Assembly (NCBI GenBank): GCA_902588315.1
Contig: CACIOP010000004.1
Location: forward strand, 11,879-75,878
DNA from: an uncultured Pelagibacteraceae bacterium
Lineage (GTDB): Bacteria; Pseudomonadota; Alphaproteobacteria; Pelagibacterales; Pelagibacteraceae
DNA length: 64,000 bases
Reading direction: 5' to 3'
The notes below the pieces were generated by a model. That model was not told the origin of the DNA. It saw only the letters and a list, made by a program, of their open reading frames with translations, and made no database searches. A program made the position numbers and the translations under genes. How positions within the stretch are numbered: position 1 is the stretch's first letter; every line of letters starts with the position of its first letter. This document shows, in pieces, positions 39,932 through 49,087 of the stretch.

Positions 39932-41359
39932 TTAATTATTTTGTTTAATTTCCAATGTTTTATTTAATTCATTAATTTCAAAAGTGTTTTCTTCTCCATT
40001 TGTCCAAGTAACAACAATTTTAATATTTCTCTCATTTTTTCGAATTCCGTAATGTGCCACTGGCTCCATTTGACACAAGTATCCTGAGCCTGAATCTATT
40101 GTTTTAGAATGAGTTCTTAAATTTGAAACAAGAGTTACAGTAGCGCCTCTTGCTGGAGCACCGTGCATATTAATTGGCTTAATCCTTAAGAAATTATTTT
40201 TTTTTGAATTTGCCTTATATAAAGTTAAAGGCTGATAACCAGATTCTCCGTGAGATATTAAAAGCTCAAGTATTCCATCACCATCTATATCGGCTACTGC
40301 AGCTCCTGTTCCTAATCCATTAGTTTCTAAAGCATTTCCAATATTTATTTCTTTGAACTCACCATTATCTAAAATTTTAAATAATTTATTTGGCTCGCCA
40401 ATATTATTCATGAATACTTCGTCATAACCATCATTATCAAAATCAGCAGAGATTACTGTTCTAATTCTCGATGGGGCGCTAAATTGTTTGTCAGCTATAT
40501 CTACAAACTTATTATTTTTTAAAACAAATGCTCGATGAGGCCCTTCCCAATTTGAAGTTAATATATCTAATCTACCTCTATAATAAATATCACTTAGCGC
40601 AGTTCCACGACCGTTTTGAAAGGTATCATCAACTGCATAATCTTTTGCAAGTTCAACAAAATTTCCATTATTATTATAATATAAAAAATTCTCCCCTCTT
40701 TCATTTGCAGCAAAAATATCAGATCTTCCAGATAAAATATTACCTGAAATAACCGCTCTACCTCCAGTAATTTTATCAATACCTAGCTCTGAAGCTTTGT
40801 CTATTATTTCATTTCCATCTTTTTCATAAAATCTTGTAGGCCCACCATAATTTGCAACATATATTCCATAAGCTCCATTTCCATTTCTATCTACACATAC
40901 AACTGATCTACCTGCTGTAAGATTTAAATTTTTTTGGTTTATTTCTAATTCAAATAAATCAAAAAATTTATTTCCATCAAAATCTAACAACCTATCTGAA
41001 TATCTTTTGTTTCCACTATATGTGTCTGTATTTAAAAAATATATTTCCTCATAACCATCCTGATCAATATCACACGATGCTACTCCTATAGTTTTACGAT
41101 TTTTGTCTATAAATACACTCTGGTTAATTGAATTAAACAAAATACCCTTTTTATGAGCTAAGGCTAAATTGTTAAATCCAAATCCAGTTACAATAAATTC
41201 AAAATTTCCATCGTTGTTTACATCTGAAACGGACACTCCATAACTTAATCTAGGTTGATTTTCTAATATTTGATAAGTTATATCTTCAAAGAAATCGTCT
41301 GACTTGGAATAATTAACAATATTTAAAAATATAAATAAAAATATAAATAATTTTTTCAT
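39932..41359 (-). CDS. CRTAC1-like FG-GAP beta-propeller protein with ASPIC/UnbV domain
   Basis: Signal peptide; DxDxDG-like repeats (DVNNDG, DIDQDG, DFDNDG, DIDGDG); C-terminal GSGYLCQMEPVAHYG. Confidence 0.88.
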   Translation of the reverse strand: MKKLFIFLFIFLNIVNYSKSDDFFEDITYQILENQPRLSYGVSVSDVNNDGNFEFIVTGFGFNNLALAHKKGILFNSINQSVFIDKNRKTIGVASCDIDQDGYEEIYFLNTDTYSGNKRYSDRLLDFDGNKFFDLFELEINQKNLNLTAGRSVVCVDRNGNGAYGIYVANYGGPTRFYEKDGNEIIDKASELGIDKITGGRAVISGNILSGRSDIFAANERGENFLYYNNNGNFVELAKDYAVDDTFQNGRGTALSDIYYRGRLDILTSNWEGPHRAFVLKNNKFVDIADKQFSAPSRIRTVISADFDNDGYDEVFMNNIGEPNKLFKILDNGEFKEINIGNALETNGLGTGAAVADIDGDGILELLISHGESGYQPLTLYKANSKKNNFLRIKPINMHGAPARGATVTLVSNLRTHSKTIDSGSGYLCQMEPVAHYGIRKNERNIKIVVTWTNGEENTFEINELNKTLEIKQNN

Positions 41360-41459
41360 TTAATTTTCACTAGACTAAAAATTTAAAATTAAAACTGTTA
41401 ATATTGGCATAGTTAATTTAGTGTAATTTTAATAGTAAATTTAAAAAATTTAATTAACT

Positions 41460-41927
41460 ATGAGTGATATTAACAAAGCACCAAATGATTTTTTCAATAA
41501 TTGGAATAAAATTAATTCTATGTCATATAGAAATGTTATTGAACTACATGTTAAGAGAAGTAGCGAAAAAAAAATATTAGCTTTAATTCAATTTGAATTA
41601 AATCAGTTTTCAGAAAATGTTCAAAAAGATTTGTTTATTTCTGAAACAAGTTCTTTTTATCAAGAAATATCTAATCTTTTCAAAGACTCAAGCTGGTGGT
41701 CAACCGCTACAGTAACAGATGCTTGTAAATATTATTTAAACTGTGCAAGAAATAATATTTCTCATTTTAAAGACTATGTAGAGGCAGATAGTGATTTATC
41801 CCAAAATGAAAAAAATGAGATATTTGCCCTGTATCAATTGTGTACTTTATTTGTTTCTTGGAATGCTATTAAAGAAAAAAAGATCAGAGAAATTATAGAT
41901 ATTAGAAAAAGTTTATTTTTTAGATAA
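41460..41927 (+). CDS. Hypothetical protein
   Basis: 155-aa ORF filling an otherwise empty interval; no motif recognised. Confidence 0.6.
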   Translation: MSDINKAPNDFFNNWNKINSMSYRNVIELHVKRSSEKKILALIQFELNQFSENVQKDLFISETSSFYQEISNLFKDSSWWSTATVTDACKYYLNCARNNISHFKDYVEADSDLSQNEKNEIFALYQLCTLFVSWNAIKEKKIREIIDIRKSLFFR

Positions 41928-41938
41928 AAATCATCAAT

Positions 41939-42166
41939 ATGAATAAAGAAAATGCAAGTAAACTCTGGAAAATTATTCAGGAAGCTGGCGATTATTTGGT
42001 AGGACAATTACCGGACCATCCAAATCATCCTAAGGGAAGAAACCCATATGCTCATGTTGCCATATGTGTAAAAAGTAAATTCAATGCAAGCTACAAAGAT
42101 ATCCCTGATAAAAAATATAATGACGTTATTGAATATATTGAATTTTTAAAACAAAATCCAAGTTAA
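41939..42166 (+). CDS. Small hypothetical protein (ORF6C-like C-terminus)
   Basis: 75 aa, LPDHPNHPKGRNPYAH then F.ASYKDIP..Y...I. Confidence 0.7.
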   Translation: MNKENASKLWKIIQEAGDYLVGQLPDHPNHPKGRNPYAHVAICVKSKFNASYKDIPDKKYNDVIEYIEFLKQNPS

Positions 42167-43282
42167 TTATTGTTTTGGAAAATAATCTTTTAACTCACCT
42201 TCTCGGTAAACATCAGCAGTACAACAATGTAAACCTCCGCCAAAAGCATAGGCATCTCTAAGTTCTACTGGTATAACTTCCATTCCTAATTTATTCAACT
42301 GTTCAGCTTGATATGTTTCACTTTTTTCCACACATACAGTCTTAGGGTCTAATACTAAAACATTCATTGATAGCCAAGTTGATGAATAACATAATGGAGG
42401 TGGTTCGTTATGTGCTGGTTGAGCACTATCAACAATTTCCCAACCATTGTCCTCAAATAATTTTCTTTGTTCCTTAGGAAGTCTTCTTTGTGGGTTATTG
42501 ATAATTAAACCCTCTTTAATTGGGGTAAAAGTTGCATCAATGTGAATTGGATAAGGATCACCTGGAAAGTTAACCGCATGAACTCTGTGATCTTTATAAT
42601 GTCTCTTTAGCCAATCAATTCCTTTTAAATTTGTTGTAAAACCATGTTGAACAACTAAATCTTTTCCAAATCTCAATACATCTGCTGCATCAAATAAAGG
42701 TTCTTCTTCAGTGGTTACAAAATATTTTTTTTCAGTCCACTCTAACCTTTTTTGAACACCAATTTTATCTGAAAGATAATCTTTTCTGTAATCTGCATCC
42801 GTTAATCTTGGTTTTGGAGCAGATTCGTGTCTCATATTAGGATCTTGATTATAATAATCTTTTAGAAGTGGTCGGTAACATAAGTATTCAAACCAACGAC
42901 AACGATAACTCATTGTAGCTTCTAAAATTTCGTTTCCTACTGTTAACAAAACATCTCTTGGAGGCATACAACCAAACATGGTTTCTGCTTCCCAATCAGG
43001 TGTAGATGTTTTTTGATTAAAATCTATTGGTGTTGGTCGATCAACTTTAATACCTCTTTTTTCAAGCATGTTTGAAAAGTTATCTAATAATTCATTTGCT
43101 TTATCGACTGTGTCTTTTGTTCTTGGTCCAAACTGACCTCTCATATCACTGTCTTCTGGAACTTTTGCATCTAATGCTGGTTCTGGTGCTGGTATACAAG
43201 TACCATCCGCTCTGCCAACAATTACATGTTTTAACGGATCCCACTCATTCCAACTATTAACAATAGTTTTATTTTCGCTCAT
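42167..43282 (-). CDS. Glycine amidinotransferase (AGAT)-like amidinotransferase
   Basis: VNSWNEWDPL..VIVG, PRD, SKPR-like SAPKP, EPLFDAAD, HIDATF, WLSMNVL, GGGLHC (Asp-His-Cys triad). Confidence 0.92.
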   Translation of the reverse strand: MSENKTIVNSWNEWDPLKHVIVGRADGTCIPAPEPALDAKVPEDSDMRGQFGPRTKDTVDKANELLDNFSNMLEKRGIKVDRPTPIDFNQKTSTPDWEAETMFGCMPPRDVLLTVGNEILEATMSYRCRWFEYLCYRPLLKDYYNQDPNMRHESAPKPRLTDADYRKDYLSDKIGVQKRLEWTEKKYFVTTEEEPLFDAADVLRFGKDLVVQHGFTTNLKGIDWLKRHYKDHRVHAVNFPGDPYPIHIDATFTPIKEGLIINNPQRRLPKEQRKLFEDNGWEIVDSAQPAHNEPPPLCYSSTWLSMNVLVLDPKTVCVEKSETYQAEQLNKLGMEVIPVELRDAYAFGGGLHCCTADVYREGELKDYFPKQ

Positions 43283-43287
43283 AAAGA

Positions 43288-44505
43288 TTAGTTTTTTATA
43301 ATATTATGCTCAGGGCCGAAAGGAAATTTTGTAATATTTTCTGCTCCATCTTTACCAATCACTAAAATATCGTGTTCTCTATATCCACCTGCACCAGGAT
43401 TACCTTCTGGGATCATTATCATTGGTTCCATAGACACCACCATATTTTCCTCAAGAACAGTATCAATATCTTCTCTTAATTCTAAACCAGCTTCTCTTCC
43501 ATAAAAGTGAGAAAGCATACCAAATGAATGTCCGTAACCAAAAGTTCGATACTGAAGATAACCAAGTTCAGCAAAAAGTTCGTTAAGCTCATGACAAATA
43601 TCAGAACATTTAACACCTGGTTTAATTAATTCTAATCCACGTTTGTGAACTTTAACATTTGCCTCCCAAGCTTTAAGAGAAGCATCATCGGCATGATCTA
43701 AAAATAAAGTTCGCTCAAGTGCAGTGTAGTAGCCTGAGATCATTGGAAAAGTATTTAAAGATAAAATATCTCCTTTAACTAATTTTCTATTAGTCTTTGG
43801 ATTGTGAGCCCCATCTGTATTGATACCCGATTGAAACCATACCCAAGTGTCCATGTACTCTGCACCTGGATAGCTTTTAACAATCTCTCTTTCCATTCTA
43901 TCTCTTGCTGCTATTGCTACTTCAATCTCCGTATTATCCTCTCTAATATTTTTAACTATTTCTTCACCGCCAATGTCTGCAATTCTTGCACCATTTCTAA
44001 TGATCTCAATTTCTTCGTTTGATTTAATCATTCTAAGTTTCATTAGATCTTTTGAAACATCGCTAAACACAGAGAAAGTAAAAATAGACCCTATTTTTTC
44101 TCGCATGTCTAAAGTGACATGATCATTTTCAATTCCAATATTTTTTGGAGGTTCATCCCTTCCAATAATTGAGACAATAGCTCTTAAAAAATTATCTCTT
44201 TTCCAATCAGTATAAATAACGTTATCACAATGGGATCTGCGCCATGGTTGGCTTGCATCAATGTTGGCTGAAATTGTTGAGATTTTATTTTGAGTGATCA
44301 CACATCCGTATGGTCTTCCAAAAGAACAATAAATAAAACCTGTGTAATATGCAACGTTATGCATAGATGTTAAGATAACCATATCTAAATTATTTTTATT
44401 CATCACTGATCTAAGTTTACTTACTCGATCGTTATATTCTTTATCAGTAAATGGTAATTTTACTTTTTCACCGTTTTTAAGTTCAAAAAAATCTGGTCGT
44501 TCCAT
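43288..44505 (-). CDS. Creatinase (creatine amidinohydrolase, M24 fold)
   Basis: NGEK..PF..EY..R, YCSFGRPY, QPWRR, WFQSGINTDGAHNP, GYYTALERT, YGHSFG..YGREAGLELRED, SMEPM, GYREHD, PEHNII. Confidence 0.95.
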   Translation of the reverse strand: MERPDFFELKNGEKVKLPFTDKEYNDRVSKLRSVMNKNNLDMVILTSMHNVAYYTGFIYCSFGRPYGCVITQNKISTISANIDASQPWRRSHCDNVIYTDWKRDNFLRAIVSIIGRDEPPKNIGIENDHVTLDMREKIGSIFTFSVFSDVSKDLMKLRMIKSNEEIEIIRNGARIADIGGEEIVKNIREDNTEIEVAIAARDRMEREIVKSYPGAEYMDTWVWFQSGINTDGAHNPKTNRKLVKGDILSLNTFPMISGYYTALERTLFLDHADDASLKAWEANVKVHKRGLELIKPGVKCSDICHELNELFAELGYLQYRTFGYGHSFGMLSHFYGREAGLELREDIDTVLEENMVVSMEPMIMIPEGNPGAGGYREHDILVIGKDGAENITKFPFGPEHNIIKN

Positions 44506-44506
44506 A

Positions 44507-45412
44507 TTAATTTAATGCTATATATCTTTTGTTCCATCTCATTATTAAACTGTAATAAAATATAGATACAAAAAGAAAAAAACCACCGATTATTGTATTT
44601 GTGGATGGTACTTCATTAATTCCAAATAATGGCAACCAAACCCAAAAAATTCCACCTACAACTTCAGTTAAAGATAAAAGTGTCAATTCTGCTGCTGGTA
44701 TCGCTTTAGATCCAATTGAATATAAAATTAAACCAAAACAAACTAGTGTCCCATGCAAAGAAAATAAAGCTCCGTTATAGCTAGATGAAAAGAAAACTAA
44801 GTTGTTTGATAAAATCATAATTGTTGCAAACACAAAACAAAAGAAACCAGCAAAAGCTACCGTTGTGAATTTTGGTGTTTCTTTTCTCCATCTAAGAGTT
44901 ACAGAAAAAACTGAGAAACCAATTGAGGAAGTTAAACCAAATACAAAACCAATTAATGATTTTTCACCAGTATTTCCAAGTGCCATAATAATAATACCAA
45001 CTGTTGCAATTATTATTGATATCCAAACATTGAGAGAAATTTTTTCTTTTAAAAATAAAAATGCTAATAATGCTGTAAAAAAAGGCATTGCTGCCAAACA
45101 AAGTAAAGTAACTGCGGCGCTAGTATTTGTAATTGAATAAATAAATGTAATCATGGCGATCCCCAATCCAGATCCACCAATTACCCCTGATAATCCTATT
45201 TTATAATAGTTTTTGTAAAAATTTTTTCCTTCCTCGAAAAATAAATAAAGATTTAATAAGATGAAAATTGTTAAACCTCTGCCAAAAATATACTGCCAAG
45301 GTACCAATTGCGGATTATCCATGTATCGAACCACTAATGGGCCAAACGACCACAATAGACCAGCAAAAAGTACAACGGGAATAGCTACTCTTGGATTTCT
45401 CAACTCTAACAT
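44507..45412 (-). CDS. DMT/EamA family transporter
   Basis: About 10 TM, FLKEKI, AAELTLLSLTEVV..WVW..E.P; ends 1 nt before the creatinase start. Confidence 0.88.
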   Translation of the reverse strand: MLELRNPRVAIPVVLFAGLLWSFGPLVVRYMDNPQLVPWQYIFGRGLTIFILLNLYLFFEEGKNFYKNYYKIGLSGVIGGSGLGIAMITFIYSITNTSAAVTLLCLAAMPFFTALLAFLFLKEKISLNVWISIIIATVGIIIMALGNTGEKSLIGFVFGLTSSIGFSVFSVTLRWRKETPKFTTVAFAGFFCFVFATIMILSNNLVFFSSSYNGALFSLHGTLVCFGLILYSIGSKAIPAAELTLLSLTEVVGGIFWVWLPLFGINEVPSTNTIIGGFFLFVSIFYYSLIMRWNKRYIALN

Positions 45413-45461
45413 ATTCAGAAATCTAATTGTAAATAGAATTTTCTACAACAAAAATACGTTT

Positions 45462-46706
45462 CTAAACTAAATTTTGATTTGAAAGGTTGGGGAAAAAACA
45501 ATCAACGATATCTCCCTTTTTAAATTTTGATTTACCTGCTGGTAACAAAACCCAAATATTTGATTTTACAAATGATTTAATTCTAAAAGACTCTTGACCT
45601 TTTAAAATTTCAACATTTATTTTTCCATTCTTAGTTGTGCTTAATTGGCTTTTTACAAATCTTGTAAAATTCTTTTTTTTATCAAAACTATTTGTCAAAA
45701 TAGCTTTAATTGATTTTTCTTCTGATAATCCTAAAGCATTTAAAATATATGGAATTACAAAAAATCTAAAACATGCAGCCGAAGAAATTGGATTTCCAGG
45801 GAGTCCGAATATCGCCTTTTCTTTCCCTTTAATTTTTGCAAACATTATTGGTTTTCCTGGCCTTATTGCAGCACTTTTAAAGTAGCTTGATAACTTAAAT
45901 TTTTTAACAACATCAGGTATAAAATCAAACTTGCCTGCAGACACTGCACCTGACGTAATAATAATATCATCTTTAGATTTAATTAATTTATTTATTTTTT
46001 GTTTAAAAATATTTTGGTGATTATCTCTTAAAATACTTCCACTTTTAAAATTAAATAAAAAATTTTGATTTAAGTTTTTAATATAATGTGTGTTAGAATT
46101 TCTTACCATCCAATTTGGAATATTGTCTTTGTTTGATATTTCGTTTCCAGTTGAAAAAAATAATATATTAATTTTTTTTTTTACTTTAATTTGTTTTATT
46201 CCTAAACTTTTAAAAGCTAAAATATGATTTGGTTGAACAATTGTATTTTTTTTTATTACAACCTCTCCTTTTCTATAATCTGAACCTACAAACCTAACAT
46301 GATTAAATTTTTTTATTTTTTGATCAATTAAAATATATTTTTTATTAGGCGCAAAAATTATTTGTTCTATAGGAATAATTGTATCAAAACCCTTTGGTAT
46401 AATTCCTCCAGTCATTATTTCGGCAGTATCAAACTTTTTTGTTTTTTTTTTAAATGGTTTCATTCCTGCAGCAATTGAACCAATTATTTTAAATTTTTTC
46501 GGGAATTTTTTTTTTAAACCATTAGTGTCTTTTGAATTAATTGCAAACCCATCAAATGCAGCATTATTACCTGCTGGATAATTTATATTAGAATAAATAT
46601 TGGTAGAAACTACTCTATTTAGAGAATTTACACTCTTTATAGTTTCATCTTTAATTTTAATTTTTGCTTTTTTTAAAATTGTCTTTGATTTTTCGTAACT
46701 AATCAT
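45462..46706 (-). CDS. moeA: Molybdopterin molybdotransferase
   Basis: NAAFDGFA, IMTGG, STGNE, TSGAVSAGKFD, RPGKP, GLPGNP. Confidence 0.94.
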   Translation of the reverse strand: MISYEKSKTILKKAKIKIKDETIKSVNSLNRVVSTNIYSNINYPAGNNAAFDGFAINSKDTNGLKKKFPKKFKIIGSIAAGMKPFKKKTKKFDTAEIMTGGIIPKGFDTIIPIEQIIFAPNKKYILIDQKIKKFNHVRFVGSDYRKGEVVIKKNTIVQPNHILAFKSLGIKQIKVKKKINILFFSTGNEISNKDNIPNWMVRNSNTHYIKNLNQNFLFNFKSGSILRDNHQNIFKQKINKLIKSKDDIIITSGAVSAGKFDFIPDVVKKFKLSSYFKSAAIRPGKPIMFAKIKGKEKAIFGLPGNPISSAACFRFFVIPYILNALGLSEEKSIKAILTNSFDKKKNFTRFVKSQLSTTKNGKINVEILKGQESFRIKSFVKSNIWVLLPAGKSKFKKGDIVDCFFPNLSNQNLV

Positions 46707-47307
46707 TTTTGAATATTTCTTCTGCTTTTTTTAAATCTTCTTTTGTATTTATATTAAAGAAAGGATCATTATTTGAAAACTCCATATTAATTATTTTTAC
46801 CCCAATATTATTAGCCCACAACTCTACTTTTCTTTGTCCATTTTTTAGATCCTTCTCTAACTTATCTATTAAATTAATCGACCATAAGCCAAATATATTA
46901 TGTCGTGTGTTGTTTGACTTAATAAAAAATAAATCACTTTCATTGAAATTAATATTGTGAATAAAATCTTTAAGTATTTGTCTTTTAAAAAAAGGTGTAT
47001 CTACAGGGAAAGTTGCTATCCATTTGTAGTCTTTTTGATTTTCTTTTATCCATTTCATAGCTGATAAAACTCCACCTAACGGACCAAGACCTTTTTCAAA
47101 ATCTTCAATTATTGAAATTTTTTCTGAATTATGAAAATTAATTTTATTATTTGATACTATTAAGAGTTCCTTGAATTCATCAATAATTTCAGTCAACATA
47201 TGATCAATTAACAATTTACCAGCTAACTTTACTTGGGATTTGTCTTCTCCAAATCTTTGTGACTTACCGCCTGCTAGCACAGTGCCTAAAATATTGTTAT
47301 GATCCAT
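46699..47307 (-). CDS. mobA: Molybdenum cofactor guanylyltransferase
   Basis: LAGGKSQRFGEDK, GPLGG, PVDTPF, FFNINT..D. Confidence 0.94.
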   Translation of the reverse strand: MDHNNILGTVLAGGKSQRFGEDKSQVKLAGKLLIDHMLTEIIDEFKELLIVSNNKINFHNSEKISIIEDFEKGLGPLGGVLSAMKWIKENQKDYKWIATFPVDTPFFKRQILKDFIHNINFNESDLFFIKSNNTRHNIFGLWSINLIDKLEKDLKNGQRKVELWANNIGVKIINMEFSNNDPFFNINTKEDLKKAEEIFKND

Positions 47308-47349
47308 CTATAAAATATAAAACATTCAAAGTTGAATTAAAGAAATTAA
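47308..47349. promoter_or_regulatory. Putative divergent promoter region between the mobA-moeA arm and the fdh arm
   Basis: 42-nt AT-rich gap between head-to-head starts. Inferred from gene geometry; no specific box identified. Confidence 0.4.
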
Positions 47350-47748
47350 ATGGATTTAAGAATTTTAGAAATAGCAGCCCATACCGAAAATAATAAAGTT
47401 GTTGAAAACTACACTCATAAGTCAAAACACAAAAATCCATTATGTGGTGATGAGATGGAAATAAGCTTAATTGTCAAAGAAGATGTTGTAAAAGATATGG
47501 GTTATCAGTGTAAATCGTGTGTTTATTGTCAGGCATCAGTCAGTCTATTATCCAGAAAAATTAAGGAAAAAAAAGTTGATGATGTTAAAAAATTTATAAA
47601 AGTTGGTGAGCAACTTTTTGAGGACGCAAAAGTAAGTATGGAAAAACATTGGAAAGATTTTAAAGAAATTTTAGATAAAAAAAATCTTTCAAGGAAAGAG
47701 TGTTTGCTTTTACCTTTAAGAACTATTGCAAAAGCGTTAAAAATATAA
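47350..47748 (+). CDS. NifU-N/IscU/SufU-like scaffold or sulfur-transfer protein
   Basis: NPLCGDE, CKSCVYCQAS, RKECLLLP. Confidence 0.82.
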   Translation: MDLRILEIAAHTENNKVVENYTHKSKHKNPLCGDEMEISLIVKEDVVKDMGYQCKSCVYCQASVSLLSRKIKEKKVDDVKKFIKVGEQLFEDAKVSMEKHWKDFKEILDKKNLSRKECLLLPLRTIAKALKI

Positions 47749-48225
47749 ATGATCAAAATTACAAAACCATTATTGCAAAAAGCATTAATTGCAGGTTTTT
47801 TTTCTGCATTTACAATTGGTGTGCTAACAATCCTTACTTATAAAAGTACACTCGGATATTTTATTGCAGCCTCTTTTGGTTCTTCAATGGTTTTACTATT
47901 TGGTTTTCCTGAAAGCCCGTTTGCACAACCAAAAAATGTTTTTTTTGGACATTTGGTAACTGCTTTAGTAGGAGTAATTTTTGTAAACTATATTCCGTTA
48001 CCTATTTATATCAGTATTGCAATTGCTGTTGGAGCTGGAGTTTTTTTAATGATTTTATTTAATGTTGTCCATCCACCTGCTGGTGGAAATCCAATCATAG
48101 TTATTATTGGAAGTGCTTCTTATGATTATTTAATTAATCCAATAATTTTTGGTAGTATAATTATATTGTTAATAGCAATCATAATTAACAAATATTTATT
48201 AAAAAAAAACTATCCTCTAAAATAA
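47749..48225 (+). CDS. HPP family membrane protein
   Basis: ASFGSS.VL.F..PESPFAQP.N..GH, HPPAG. Confidence 0.92.
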   Translation: MIKITKPLLQKALIAGFFSAFTIGVLTILTYKSTLGYFIAASFGSSMVLLFGFPESPFAQPKNVFFGHLVTALVGVIFVNYIPLPIYISIAIAVGAGVFLMILFNVVHPPAGGNPIIVIIGSASYDYLINPIIFGSIIILLIAIIINKYLLKKNYPLK

Positions 48226-48229
48226 TTTT

Positions 48230-49069
48230 ATGAATTCCAAATACAAAGTTTTAAAATATTCATCTAACGAGTTTGAAAATATAGATGATTTAATTTCAAT
48301 TGAAGAACCATTGGAGATTTCATTAAAGTATAAAGAAACTGATAAATGGATAAATCAAAGTTTATCTATAACAATGAGAACTCCAGGTGATGATGAGGAT
48401 CTTGTAAGAGGATTTTTATATAATGAACAAATTATAACAAATATTGGTGATATTGACTCAATAGAAAGTTATGGAGATAAAGTTGGTCAATACAATATTC
48501 AAAATAAAATATTAGCAACTTTAAATAATTCTGAAAATGTGAATATTTCAAAAATAAAAAGAGATTTTTTAACTAATTCATCGTGTGGTGTATGTGGAAA
48601 ATCTTCACTTGATGCTCTAGAAATAATTAAAAAAAACAAAACACATTCATCAGAACCCAAAATCAAAAAAGAGGTAATTGTTAAATCGCCAGATACATTG
48701 AGAGAAGGTCAATCAGAATTTAGTAAAACAGGTGGAATTCATGCAAGTGGTCTTTTTACTAGCAATGGAGAATTGGTTGCTGTCAGAGAGGATGTAGGAA
48801 GGCACAATGCTTTAGATAAACTTATTGGTTGTGCATTAAAGAGCAATCAAATTGATCCGAAAACCCAATTTATAACATGCTCAGGTAGACTAAATTTTGA
48901 ATTGGTTCAAAAGGTCTTGATGACGGATATAGGTATAATGATAGGAGTTGGTGCGCCAACTAGTCTTGCTATCGATTTAGCGAATAAATTTGACATTACC
49001 CTTGTTGGTTTCGTAAAGAGGGACAGTTTTAATATTTACACAAATAACAAAAAAGTTATTGTGGGCTAA
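48230..49069 (+). CDS. fdhD: Formate dehydrogenase accessory sulfurtransferase
   Basis: EEPLEI, TMRTPG, SSCGVCGK, TGGIHA, EDVGRHNALDK, SGR, APTSLA. Confidence 0.95.
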   Translation: MNSKYKVLKYSSNEFENIDDLISIEEPLEISLKYKETDKWINQSLSITMRTPGDDEDLVRGFLYNEQIITNIGDIDSIESYGDKVGQYNIQNKILATLNNSENVNISKIKRDFLTNSSCGVCGKSSLDALEIIKKNKTHSSEPKIKKEVIVKSPDTLREGQSEFSKTGGIHASGLFTSNGELVAVREDVGRHNALDKLIGCALKSNQIDPKTQFITCSGRLNFELVQKVLMTDIGIMIGVGAPTSLAIDLANKFDITLVGFVKRDSFNIYTNNKKVIVG

Positions 49070-49087
49070 ATTAATAAAAGGGTATTT

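Noticed and set aside
39932-41359. Repeats in the CRTAC1-like gene as a DNA repeat array
   Set aside because: They are degenerate protein-level FG-GAP blades, not nucleotide repeats.
42167-43282. Amidinotransferase as part of a toxin or antibiotic cluster, or an arginine deiminase
   Set aside because: No NRPS/PKS or tailoring genes nearby; motifs (NEWDPL, FDAAD, HIDATF) are AGAT-type and arcB/arcC are absent.
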